From NCBI RefSeq assembly GCF_009914755.1, contig NC_060935.1: a stretch of DNA of 64,000 nt; one strand, 5' to 3'. Shown piece after piece: positions 40,761-54,690 of the stretch (position 1 is the stretch's first letter; the number at the start of each line of letters is the position of its first letter). Below the pieces are notes generated by a model. That model had not been told where the DNA came from. It made no database searches and saw nothing but the letters and a program-made list of their open reading frames with translations. Origin of the DNA: the human T2T-CHM13v2.0 reference genome, Homo sapiens. Position numbers and translations under genes: made by a program.

Positions 40761-41336
40761 TGCATTGACAAAGACTGTTAACTAAATGTTAACAATGGCT
40801 ATCTCTCAGGGGTAGGATTACAAGTGATGTTTTTTTCTTCTTGCTAATCTGAATTTTCCAAATTGTATACATTAAATTTTTACAATAAACAAAGCATTCT
40901 CACATACCCACATGCTCACAATTTTTGGTGATTTTTATTTTTTGTGTAGATCTAAGTTTATATTTTGTATTATTTCCTTTTATTCTGAAAAACTTCCTTC
41001 AACGTGTCTTAGTACAAGTATGCTGATGTTGAATTATCTCGTATTCATTTATTTAAATAAACATATTTATATAGTGTATAAATATATATTTATATTCATT
41101 TTCGAAAGACGTGTTTATGGATATAAAATTCTAGGATGACTTTTTTCTTTCACCATTTTAAAGATGTAGTTTTTTTCATACTTGCATTGTTTTACATAAG
41201 TCAGCAGCATTCTTCATAATTCCCAGTTTATTATAAGACTTAATCTGACTATTCCTAAGATTTCTCTTTATCTTTGGTTTGTCAGCAATTCAAGCATGGT
41301 TATGATTGATGTTCATTAAGCTTCTTGGATATGTGG

Positions 41337-41705
41337 TGCTATGGTTTGGATGTTTATTCCTCCCAAAATTCATACTACAACTTAATCCCCAATGCAATAG
41401 TATTAAGAGGTGAGGCCTTTAGGTCATGAAGGTCATTCCTTATGAATGGAATTAGCACCCTTATAAAAGGGTTTCAGGGAGTTTGATAGTCCCATTTTGC
41501 CCTTTTGACCTGCTCCTCTTCCACCACGTGAGGATACAGCAAGAAGACACCATCTTGAAAGTAAAGAACAAGCCCTTACCAGATACCAAATCTGCTGGAA
41601 CTTTGATCTTGGACTTCCTAGCTACCAAAACTGTGAGAAATAAATTGCTACTATTTATTAGTTACCAAGTCTATTTTGTTATAGCAGCAAAAGTGGACTA
41701 ATACA
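41337..41705 (+). mobile_element. MSTC/MSTD-like solo LTR (MaLR)
   Basis: 'tgctatggtttggatg...aataaattgct...ggactaataca'. 5-bp TSD tgtgg/tgtag. Confidence 0.88.
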
Positions 41706-44629
41706 TGTAGGTTGATATTTTTAATAAAATTTGGGAAACTATTAAACTATTATTTCACCAAAAAAAATTTGCCCATTTTTTCTTACCTCTCCTGTTGGGA
41801 CTGCAAATATACATCTATTAGACTATTTGATGTTGCACCAAAAGTTATGGAGGCTTTTTTGTTATAAGTTGTCTTTCTCTATGTACTTCAGTGTGGATAG
41901 TATATTTTGCACTGATTTAAGTTCACTGATATTTTCTTCTGCAGCATCTACTCTGCTGTTAAGCCCATTCAGTTAACTTTTTATATCAAGTATTGTACTT
42001 TTAAGATCTAGAATAACTACTTCATTCTTTTTTAAGGTTTCCCATTTCATGGCTGGGATTTTCCACCAACTATTCAATCACTAAGCCCATCTTTTCCTTT
42101 ACATTATTAAACATATTTATAATAGCATTTTAACAACCTTGTTTGCTAATCCTAATATTTCTGTCACCAATCTCTATTGACTATTTTTTTTCATGGTTTT
42201 CTCCTATCTAGTGATTTCTTAAAGTAGCTGGCAATTGTAGATGCTACATTGTTGACATCATCAGAGTGACGAGTTTCATTCTGGCAGGCAGCTAATTTAC
42301 TAGCACATTAGCTTTATCCTATCAAGACTTCTTTAAAGACTCTGTTAGGGGATGTCTAAGGCAATCAATCAAAGGCTGGAGTAGGCCTCCTCCAAACGCA
42401 TGAATTTTGGGTGGTGTCAGCCCAATGACTAACATGTTCAGCAAAGTCCTTCTGCTCTAGCTCACAAAAATTCCAACGTTACCCAGAACTGTGCAAACTC
42501 CAGAATCTCTATGTAGCTCACAAATATTTAGTTGCTGCCAAACCTCATCAAATTTCACCCTGCACTCACGCATCTTATTGTTCAACAAGACTAGGCAGTA
42601 TTTCCTATGCAGATTATTGGAGTTCCTTCTCCACACAGTTCTCTCATATCTAGTATCTTACCCTGCAAATTTCACCCACCTTAGCAGCTGTAAGAGCCAA
42701 TATTTCTTTCCTCCACCCATTAAGATTTTTGCTTTCTACCAAGCAACATGCTAAATACCAATAAAACTTGTCTTATATACTTTACTTGTTTCAGGGATCA
42801 CAGTCTTATGTTGAATGTTGTTTAATGCCCAAAAACAGTTGCTTTATGACTTTTGTCCAATTTTTTAGTTGCCTATGGCATAAAAGTAGGTCTGATATAC
42901 ATTATTCCATCACATTTGAATAATATAATATCTTTTGATAATTTTTATTTTCATCAAAATTTTGGAGTGAAATTAGTCCACTTCAGGTTATAGAAAATAT
43001 TCACAAATAGCCTAATTGACAAAGACAGTTATTATTGAACCATCAGAAAAATCATATTTACTTTCTCTCAGAATAAAAGTCTAATTTAATTTTTAATTAC
43101 AACAAAGGTATCAATATACCTTTCCACAAAAACAATGTTACCTCTTCGAAGCAAATGATAGATAGATAGAATAAGGCATTTCCATGAGTATGTCATCTGG
43201 ACAAGCTAAGTATAAATACTTTCAATATTTCTTATAGATTCTTTCTTTGTTTTTCTCTCACAGTAGCAATTTACTTTTCCTAATACTCAAGGGATAAAAA
43301 GTCGTGGCATCATTCAGGAAAAATTGACATCACTCTCACTGTTCTACTCTAAAGCATACGTGAATTCAGAATGTGACAATACTAGACAAAATAATTTATC
43401 TAAATTACCTTAATTTTTCCATAATAGGAATATGCTTAACACATGGAAAGACAGGAAGCCCTGTCACAGCTTTGTGGGGAATTTAATTCATGGCACTTTG
43501 CAGACAGCAATATTTCCAAATGTACTTTTATTTGGTGACCCAGATGACAAGTCTCTAGATGGAAGAAAGGTAAAACAGAAACTCCAGTTTGAAGATCTTG
43601 CTTCTGTATGGCCTTAATGCCTTTCTTTCCATGCGTTATGTTTAATTCTATTTTAAATTTTTTTACTTTTTGTACCTGTGATTTCTTTTAGTTGCAATAG
43701 TTTGGTAGATTTCATGTGGTTTTTTTTCCTTTTCCTTATAAGGAGAAAAGGCTTTCTGCATGGGAATTCCTTTTGTTCTGACATATGGGTGATTTCTTGG
43801 TGCTATTTCCCACCTATTTCTGTCCCCAGCTACAGGTTGAGGTCTGCGTATTGTTTTTTTTCTTAGAGGCATACAAAGGGCAGGAGGAAAACTAAACTAA
43901 GAGCATATGTGGCATCTTTAGAGTAAAATTGATCACTCTCTCTTCAGAGTTTGTAAAACATCCTGTCCCAGGATTGACTTCTCCTAACTGTAATGTTATA
44001 TTACCTGTGGTTTCCCTAAGATCCCTCATTTTTCACAGAGTCAGCCTCACTGTTTACTTCATCATTTTAGCTGTTTTACTCCATCAGCCATTTATAGCAG
44101 CCATTAATAACAAGAAGAAAAGCATAAGGCTACCCACTCACTTGTGGGGATCTCTCCAGGTTTGGTCATATTAGTGAGAATTCTAAAAGTTTTGTCAATG
44201 TACTAATTAGATTTTACCAGAGATAAAGGGGACAGTGTTGGCAAGATAATGGGAAGGAGGGCTAGATACCATTAGAAGCCAAACTCTGCTGTGCCTCTCT
44301 ATTCTACTCTGGATCCTTAATTTTTTTTTTTTTTTTTTTTACCTTGGACTCTAGTTTTTCAAGATTGCTGCATCAGATTTTGGACCTTTCCTTTTCTGGT
44401 GGTGGTGGCTGTTGTGACTATGTGTGTGTGAGTTTTAACTAGTTTTTGCTCCTGCAATTAGGTATTGAGAATGGGGAAATATGTGTTGCAGCTTCAGTAT
44501 GCCATCTTAAACTTGAAATATCTTTAATTTTCACAACAATCCTGAGAAATATTAGCTTGGCAATTTTAAAGTGCAGAGAGGTTACAATTATTAATGAGAA
44601 GATGAAATAGGATTGCAAAGTTTTCATTC

Positions 44630-44810
44630 TTTAACAATATTAATTGTGTTCCTACTATGTGCCATCCACTGTGCTGGGTAATGAGGATGCAGAAATGAAC
44701 CAAAGAGATGTGGCCTCTGCCCTCACAGAGCTTACCCTCTAGTAGGGGAAACAGACATTTAAACTACTGATTATAATATAGTAAAATATGTTCTATGATA
44801 CAGGAAGGTA
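44630..44810 (-). mobile_element. L2 3' fragment
   Basis: 'cctactatgtgcca...cctctgccctcacagagcttaccctctagtagggg'. Confidence 0.75.
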
Positions 44811-46871
44811 CATCAACAAACAGAGTCTAATATAAGGACAGTGAGAGCTTTTCAAGTTAAAAAATACAGAGTATATATGGATAATAACAGATGCTCAGAA
44901 AATGTTAATTTTCTTCCCTTCCTAAGCTTCCAAATAACCACAAAACATAAAGGCACTCTGTATTGCCTACTCCTAGCATTGTTGGAAAGATGCCATTATA
45001 CAGCGTGCACAGAAAGAGTGTTTGTTATCTCTAGGTGTAGGCTGATGAGGACTAAATTCTGAGAGTGAAATCCAGGTCATGCAAACTAAGGGCAGGAACT
45101 GCTACGTCAAATAGTTTAACCAAAGGGTTTAGTAATGCACCTGATCAACAGAAAGTGCCTAATGATCAATTTGAGTAGACAATTAAATGGGGCACCCATG
45201 GATATTAGAGAAAGAGAAAAATAATTTTCTCCACTCTTTCTGTCTATCCATTAGAGTGGTTAAGTCCATAACTCTATGTACTAAGTGATGATCTCATTCA
45301 AATGAAAACATATTCACCATAACACCTTGGGTTAAGACATTTGGCCTGGAAATCATGCCTCAGGGTTAAAAGTAATTTTTTAGGTTCTCTCCCTTATGAA
45401 TCAATTTTTTAAATCCAGCTACAGCCACTGATAAAATAACCTTTTTTATTTTAATGAAATTATTTATTTATTCTGTTTTCTGTATTTGTATAGTGTCTTT
45501 TCATCAAGAGGGACAAAAATCACCACAGACACAAATTAACCTTTCCAATGTCCCTGTCAGACAGGAAAATTATCGTGTTACTATATATGCATCTATCTCT
45601 CTATATAATCATTCAGTTTCACAAATATTAGGGAAGACTAACAACAATTGAAGTAATTTAAGGAAGACAATATTTTAAATAAATTCTCAATTTCAACTCA
45701 GGCAATAGAGCATGTAATAAGGCAGATGGATTAATTTCAAAATCAATATTGGCCAGTATATTCAACCAGCAAACAGATGAAGAGAACATTTTAAAATACT
45801 ATGAAGTCATTAGCTGCAATTAATAATTCATTTCAAAAGTTTACAGTTTCAATTTTTAATAGCAAACAGTCAGAATTTTAAGTGCTTCTCAAATGTACCT
45901 ATCAAGTAAAGATATTCTTGTTAAGGTGGTAGGAAATACAGATGGGCTTATATTGGGATATTGTATGCCTATGTCCTTTCATCCATCCTTTCATTCATCC
46001 ATCTATCCATCCTTTCATTTACACATTAATCCAGCTATTCACGCATTTCCTCATTCAACAACTCTTTAGAGTCAATAATTATAGTAAGAAAAGTTTAGAA
46101 GTACAAGCAAAATTCATTTTTGTTTATGTTGTTAGGAAAATCTTCCAAAAATGAACTGAAACCTAATGAATGAGTAGAATTTTAACAAGGGAGTTGGGGG
46201 AAGACGGGAACAGAAAGAATTACATGTAGAATGAAAAGTGTGGACCAAAGAACAAAACTAGGAAAGAGTATGTTCAGAAAACAATGAGTCAATATAAGTA
46301 AGTTGACATAAGTATTTATAATTACTTTTAAGTACTTAAAAGTTATTTAAGAAGATTTGAAGTAGAAAGTAGAATAGTAGGAAATACAGATGAAAAAGTG
46401 GTGAGGATCTAGATTTTTGAAGGCTTTGAATGCCAGAATAGATCATATAGAAATTATTTTATTGTCAGTGAGAAGCCAGTAAAAGTTGTTGAGGAATAAA
46501 ATAATCAAAGGGGTACTTTTGGAAGTCTCCTGTAGGCAATGTGTAGAATATAGTTTATGAAGCATTAACTAAAAGGAGACTTATTCAGTAGATAAAAACA
46601 CTGCGCATATATCGATTACTTGTATTTTAACACTTCTATAGTCAGGATGAGGGAAGGACCAAGCAGATAAGAGATGGCTTACTAAAAAAAGTTAAGTCTA
46701 TATTCTAAGATCTTTACATATATTAATTCATTTAATCTTCACAACAAACTATAAGGAAGATTATTAATCTCACTTTACAAACAAAGAAACTGTAGCACAG
46801 AGAATTCAAATCCATGCTGACTCAAAATCCAACACTATTTTTTAAAAAGCTGCCACTCGTCCAGTGCCAAC

Positions 46872-47268
46872 AGTATTACTAATAGTTTGCCAGGACTTCT
46901 ATAACAAAACATCACAGACTGGGTAGCTTAAACAACAGAAATTTATTCTCTCACAGTTCTGGAAGCTGTAGGCCCAAGATCAGGGTGTGAGCTGAGTAGA
47001 TTTCCTCTGAGACCCCTCTCTTTTTGTCTTGCAGATGGCTGTCCTCTTGCTGCTTCTTCACATGCTCCTCTCTCTATGCAAGGCACCCCTGGTGTATCTT
47101 CTTATAAGGATACCAGTCATATTGAATGAGGGTCTCACCCTGACAGCCTCATTTTAACTAAATAACTTCTTTAAAGGCCTTATCTCCAAATACGGTCATA
47201 TTCTGAGGTAATGGGGATTAGGGCTTCAACATACGAATTTCAGGGGAGACATAATTTAGTGTTTAACA
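46872..47268 (-). mobile_element. MLT1A-type solo LTR (MaLR)
   Basis: 'cacagactgggtagcttaaacaacagaaatttattctctcacagttctgga...gggcttcaacatacgaattt'. Perfect 5-bp TSD ccaac. Confidence 0.9.
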
Positions 47269-48157
47269 CCAACTATGTGTCAGATGTTTTATGCATGTTC
47301 TTAATTAAACCTCAAATAACTATGCAAGATTCTTGCATAGTTACTTGCATATACTGTGTGCATATAACAAATGAGGAAACTGAGGTTCTAAAATTTTTAT
47401 TGACTTGCCCAAGTTCACATAGTTATTCAAAAAGTGGACTGAGACCTAAGCCCAAATGTGTCTAATCTTTCTGGTCCAGGTATCCAACAATTTCATCTGT
47501 AAGAATATATGTTCATGATGACACAATGTGTTAAAGTTAAGTCAATCCACCCTTTCTCCCCAAAGTTGCCAACAATCAGCAGAAACTCATGTTTTAACAA
47601 AAGCTTCCCACAAACTACATGTCTATGTGTGGAGACACAGAGCCCACAGAAGCCAAGCTTCATGAGACCATAACAATCTGCACACATGAACACTTCTGGT
47701 GAAATGACACTGCCCAGCCAGCACCTGAAAATACGCCACTGATTAAGCGAATGTCACCTAATGAGTGCCAGAGTTAGATCCAACTCTAAAACAGATATTG
47801 CTTCCAAAGCAGAAAAGAATCTAGATTGAGTTTTCATAAATTTACAGGGAAAGCTCTTACAACTTCACATTATTTGCTAAATGGCAAAAAGGAGGGTGGA
47901 AATTAAAATTGTTTTCTGGTATTAATTAATAGGGAAATGAATGAGATGCCTTCACCAAGGGGTTTGTACAAAAACCCTTAAAGAGCCTAAGCTGAGAACC
48001 AAGTACAATAATTAAAATATTTATAAAATTTTCTTATATTCATATAGGGTCTGTGAAAAAATATACACAGTTGACCCTTAAACATGAAGGTTATGGGCTC
48101 TGACCTTTGTGCAGTCAAAAATCCATTTAAAACTTGACTCCCCCAAAACTTAACTAG

Positions 48158-48372
48158 TGTAAACTAAAAATAAAATCCTAAATCCCTCCACTAACTGAAT
48201 GGACTTACACTTGTGGCCAAGGGGACCCCTGAAAAACTTTAAAACTGAGTTCCTGATCATGACCAGATGGGAGGTCAGACACACCTCATTATACCCCCTC
48301 CTGTCTGTAGTTTAGATGCAACTGACCAGCAATAATGTTAAAATACAGACTGTCAGACTGACAAAACAGGCT
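48158..48372 (+). mobile_element. MER4 (B/D-like) LTR 5' fragment nested in Tigger2
   Basis: 'tgtaaactaaaaataaaatcctaa...gggaggtcagacacacctcattatacccc...caactgaccagca'. Confidence 0.8.
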
Positions 48373-48552
48373 CTTAAAAGGCAGACCCTTACTGGCAAGG
48401 TGCTTTCTGACTTTGGAGACATAGCACCAGAGGAACCAGTCCAGAAAAAGGGTTTTCATTGTCCAGCCCTTCTTGTACAACCAAAAGACTGGCAGTTGGT
48501 GTTCATCTTTTCCCTTCAAAGCAGCTTTATAAATTAAAGCAGTCCTAATTAG

Positions 48553-49329
<777 letters not shown>

Positions 49330-50239
49330 TAGCAGTCCTGCACCTACATAAAAGCTGCATTTTCAATAAGATAGAAAAAAGTATTTTGCAAAAAGTTCAA
49401 GGTTTTTCATGCCTGCTGGTATACCTGAAGTGACAGCTTCACAAATTTTCTTTTCTTTTTTTTTTTTAACAATCATCCTTACACTGAATTCATTTATCTT
49501 GCAGTGGCTTTGCAACGTCAGCTGCAAACCTCAATATGTAGTACCTATCAAACAACTCAACTTTTCTTTATAATGTCATGACTTTTCTCTGCTTCTTGGG
49601 AGTACTTCCAGCATCATTAGTGGCACTCCATATGGTTCCCATGGTGTTATTCAAGATTTACAATATTGTACTATATATGAAGAAAAATACACAAGAACCT
49701 TGAACTTTGAGTGATCGCTTTTTGCTGACATGTGCAATTTACTGGAGAGATAAACTGCTCACATGGAGATAATGAGGGTTACACTACCTTTATTAAGCAG
49801 AAACTCACAACACTTGGGCTCACCACAATAGCAACAAGAAGTTATTACAGTAGTACAGCATGTACTACAGCTAATTTTGTGCAGTTATGTTTTAATGCTG
49901 CATCTTTACATTTGTTTACATTTCTCTCAACTGCAAATGGCACCATGTATGGTCTATAAATGTTTGTGTGGGTAAGTTTTTATACATTTTAGTTTTTTAT
50001 AAAAGATTTCTGTATATTTTATAGTAGTAAATGTTAAAATAGACTAGTATCTACATATACTTTATTCATTCATGACATACCTGACTTCCTCCTAATTTTA
50101 TCAGTATTTCTAGTTTGTGTGAGTTTATTCAAGTTATCACAAATCTCAAATAATTTTCTAATACATTTATTTTTTAAAATGTGCATATAAGTGGACTCAT
50201 GCAGTGCCACCTGTGTTGTTGAAGGGTCAACTGAACTTT

Positions 50240-53200
50240 AAATATAGTGGTTTTGACTTTATAAAAGTCTATCCTATTTATATAATCTTTTGGGACTCCC
50301 TTTTTCCCTCAGTATTACATTGTTAAGATTGATGCATATTTTTGTTTGTAGCTGTAGTTTCACCAATTTGAATACTATGTAATTTTCCATTGCAAGAACA
50401 TAACACAATCCATTTTTCTGTAAATGGACATTTAGATTATTTCCAGGTTTTTATTACACTGGACATGCTATGACTATTCTTGTCTATGTTTCAAACTCTA
50501 CAAAATCTGTAAGAAGTTTCTCTAGGGTATATACCTAGGACTAGAAATTGCTGGCTCATAGGATATGCAAATGTTCAATTTTACAAGACCATGCCAAACT
50601 AACTTGTTAACTTGTTAAACTCATAGTTCCATCAACAATATATAAAATCCTGCTATTCTACATCTCCTTCTTTGGTATTGCCAGTGTTTTTATTTTATTC
50701 CCATCTAGAAGACTATAAAGTGGCATTCATCTTAGTCTTAATTTGCTTTTGCCTGATTATAAAAGAAGTTGAACTTATCTTTATATATTTATTGGCTACT
50801 TATGTTTCCTCATCTGTGAAAAGCCTGATTATTTTTCCTTTGGTTTACTTGACATTTATTGATGTTGTTCATTATATATGCTCATTATATGATCATTATA
50901 TATTGATGTTGACTTTATATATGTTGTTCATTATATATTTGTTAAAGAAATCTTATGTTGATTACTCTTACTGTAGACATCTAATTGTTTGTAACTTGGT
51001 TTTTCACTTTCTTAAAATAACTTGATAAACAAAAGCTCTTATGTTTTAAAGTCAAATATATCACCTTTTCCTTATGGTTAGCTCTTTTTATATTTAAAAA
51101 AAATCATTCTCTACCTCCAATGTTAGAGTAATACTCAAATATATTTTATATTAAGATTTTAAAGGCTTGTTTCTGATATTTAAGTCTTTTATCCATCTGG
51201 AATTGATCTTTGTGTTTGATGGAAGCTGAGGATCCACCTTTATTTTTCTGTATGTGTGGTCAGTTTATTGAACAGCTCTTCCCTTCTCCATTCGTCTGTC
51301 ATAACACCACTTTTATATATCAACATTTCACACACATAAGTTTGTTTTTTAAGTTACCTTTCATTCTTGGTCAATTTATCAATACCAACCAGTAGCATGG
51401 TGTCTTATTACTATAATGTGTCTTATTACGATGTCTTAATTACTATAACTTTATAATAATTCTTAATGCCTAGTGGTAAGCCATACCTCTTTACTCTTTT
51501 TCCTATCTTAGTTATTCTTAATATCTATACTTCCATAAAAATCTTAAACAAGGTTATCAAGTTTCAAAAGAAACCTGTTAAATTTTTTATTAATGTCATT
51601 TTAAATAAAGATACATTTGGAGAGAAATTTGACATTTTCATATTAAATATCTCTATGAACATGATTTTATTTATTTAGATATTATTAATGCTTTTTAATA
51701 AAGTTTTATACCTTTGTATACATTCTTGCACAGTTTTGGTAGATTTATTACTAGATACTTGATTTTTTGATGCTATAATAAATGGTACCTTTTAAAATTA
51801 TGTTTTCCAGTTATTTGTTAGTAATGTTTAGACATGAAGTTGATTTTTCTTTGATGATTTTATATCCAGCTTCCTGTTAAACTCTATTATTTCTATTAAT
51901 TTGTTTATAGGGTATGGGAGGGATTAATAGTAGACAGTCATATCATCTACCAAAAATGTTGCTTTTATTTCTTATTTTCCAATCCTTTGACTTTTAATTT
52001 CTTTTTTCTTGTTTTACAACATTGGCTAGGGCTTCCCATATATTGCCAAACAGAACTTGAGATTGTTATCATTTCTGTCTCAATTCTGAATTTTAATTTT
52101 AAAATAATGCTTCTAACATTTCTCTGTTTACATTAATGGGGTATGTGTGTAAGTAAAATGGACTTCATCAGATTAAGGACATTTCTTTCTATGCTTTAGG
52201 ATGATTTGGCTGGATATAAAATTCAAAGTTCTGTTCTAACACAAAGAATCAGATTGTTAAATCAGAGTCACATGACTAAGATATTATCCAGTATCAAGCT
52301 TTGCTAATAATTTCTACCATGGCAGCAATCAAGTGGCACAAGTGAATTAGAGAGAGATCTGGGACATCCCACATATGTCTATAAATTCTTTCTCCTTGCA
52401 TTAGATATGCTATGTGGCCAGATTAATAGAAGTCTGTAATTAAGGTTTGTGAGTTCCCCCACATAGGTTTGGGTTACAAAACATCTCTGTTTTATATCCT
52501 AGATAGTTTTGCAACTGATACAACATTTCCAAGAAGCCATGTCTCATAAATCCATAAATTATAGGTTTGTTTACCATAAGCAATCCTAACTCAAACACAT
52601 CCTGAAAAGAGGATTCCATATATAGTGAATCTCCTTCTAGCAAATATCATTTATATGTCTGTCAGGTCATTTATATGGATATTCAACTAGGCCACCTGCC
52701 TCTGTCCCAAAGAGTATGCCAGCCACCCATACCTCACTATCTTTAATAGGAGAATAAATGGATTATAGGCCAGTGCTTTAAATTCTTCATCCTCAATTCA
52801 AAGCCTTTTTCCTTCAAAACTTGAAAGTGTTAAACCATCGTCTTCTTGCATCCAGTGTTACTATTGACAAATCTGCTATCATTTTGGTTTTTTTTCCTCT
52901 GAATGTGATCTCGTTTTTCCTCTTTGGAACTTTTTATAAACGTTTTATTGTTTTCTATATGTTTAATGTTTTCTATTATGTATCTTGGTGTGGGTCTTTA
53001 TCATTCCAGTCTAGTATTTTGTACCCATTACTCTTAGATTAGCTATCTTTCTTAATTCTTACTTCTGTGGAATTTACCTTTGTTACTTTCTCAAAAATCA
53101 CTTCTATAGTTTTAATTTTCTCTTTTCTGGAACTCCTGTTACTCAGGTGTTGGTACCTCAATTTCTATTCTCTATCTCTTTTCTGCTTCCTCCTGGAGGA

Positions 53201-53400
53201 ATTTCTCTTTGCTTTCAACAACCTAATCCATTTTTTTCAGCTGCATTCATTCTATTATTCATCCCATCTGTTATGTTCTTTATTTAAAATATTATATTTA
53301 TTATACCAAATAATTGGCTTTTTATACTTATTTTATTTTCTTATAATTCTAATATCTTACTTTATTCTATCTGTTGAGTTTTGATGCTTGTCAGAAAACC
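50240..53400 (-). mobile_element. Old L1ME-type fragment(s), interrupted at 52229-52794
   Basis: 'atggacatttagattatttccagg', 'tctagggtatatacctagga', 'ttatccatctggaattgat'. 'ggctggatataaaattc' continues after the insert as 'tttccttcaaaacttgaaag...tcttcttgcatccagtgttactattgacaaatctg'. Confidence 0.75.
52229..52794 (-). pseudogene. Non-repeat insertion with a decayed reading frame; candidate endogenous Mononegavirales nucleoprotein-like element
   Basis: Interrupts collinear L1M sequence and is flanked by aattcaaag (52220-52228, 52795-52803). Includes ORF 52440-52643. The viral similarity was judged by eye only. Confidence 0.45.
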
Positions 53401-54129
53401 TTGTCTTTCTAACACCTGTGATCTACATGGTACCTGTAATCTATATTTGTTCCCTTTTTTCCTTTTAAGTGTTTATGCTCCTCAGTCACATTATCTTGAT
53501 CTATGAGTTTATATTCCTGCTGTGGGTATCTAAGCACTTCCCAAGACTACTCAAGCCCCACACCAAGGATGTGGGTACCAGAAGTCTGAAGTATAGCTGC
53601 CAATTACCATGGTAACGATCCAGGCATTTGGTGTCCTAAGGCAAAAGCAGAGGAGAATCAAAAGTAGAATTCAAACTGTTTTTTCTTTTAATTTTACCGC
53701 TCATAGCCTAATGGACCAATCCCTGACCTAGGCTGCAGCCATCCCCCTACCACCAACAGTTGAAACAGCTTTCTGTATACCCACAGGTTACTTATAATTT
53801 TTTTATTCCCACTTAGGTTTCCACCCAGAGTTGACTTTGAGAGAGGAGACTAGAAGCTTATGCTAATTTTGCATTTCATTAGGAGCAGGATTCAAAAATG
53901 CAATTGCTTATTTACTTGTCTTATGTTTTCCACTGTGACTAGACATTGAGCTTTTCGAATTCAGAGATTCTATTTCATTCAATTTTACATCCCAGACCCA
54001 TATAGCATCTGGCATGTAGCTGACATTTAATAAATAATTCTAAGTTGAATGAATAAATTCCCGACTTAAAGTTGGAAATATTTCACCAAAAAGTTTTTGC
54101 TATGACTACAAGTTACCATTAGTCTTTTT

Positions 54130-54690
54130 CATGGCACCCTATAGCTTATTTACCAGCTGTGTTACCTTGGGAAAGTCACTTAAGCTTTCTAGTTTTCAGT
54201 TTCCTGTCTAAAGGGTTCAAAGCAGCAGTTGGCCTTACCAATGCATGAGACCAGTTTTATTGCAAAGTCAAAGAGAAAAGAGTCATATGCCAAAAACAAA
54301 TAAAGAGCATATTAAAGGAAATAAGATGTAGAAGACAGAAGCAGACCCTGGAGAAGCCAGGAGTTCTAACTCTAGTTCTGCCACAAACCACCCGCCCAAC
54401 CTTGAATAACTCACTAAATATCTCTAAATATTATCCTTAATTCTAAAATGAGACAATTGAGAGACAGAATGACATGGAAGACAAACTGGAGTAAAATCTC
54501 AGATCTCCCACTTTCTTCATTTGGTACTTGGTCAATTTCCTAACCATTTTAGTCTAAGCGTCTTTATATGAAAATAAAGTTATTATCATCTCCTTAGAGT
54601 TGCTATGAAGTTTCAATGAAAAAAATATAAATAAAGTGCTTTGCACAGCATCAGTTACATATTGAGTGTTCCCAAAATGTTAGTTTCCTG
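54130..54690 (+). mobile_element. MIR fragments (three)
   Basis: 'gctgtgttaccttgggaaagtcacttaa', 'gagttctaactctagttctgccac', 'taaagtgctttgcacagca'. Confidence 0.65.

Larger units (their letters stand above)
39170..42930 (-). mobile_element. Old L1M (L1MC/MD-type) ORF1/ORF2-region fragment, interrupted by L1PA and an MST LTR
   Basis: 'tgtttgatattaatatagctactcagctttt', 'ggatataaaattctaggatgac', 'gttcactgatattttcttctgcag'. Confidence 0.7.

Noticed and set aside
43427-43570. Exon-like segment (ttttccataatag|GAATATG...GGAAGAAAG|gtaaaa) with one open frame, part of ORF 43432-43617
   Set aside because: Weak splice sites, unrecognisable peptide and no partner exons. It cannot be supported without transcript or conservation data.
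52294-52560. Alternative reading of the insert peptide as a rhabdovirus L N-terminal motif or bornavirus G
   Set aside because: Only scattered identities over one short block. The N-like pattern spans several consecutive helices and more than one family, though neither reading is verified.
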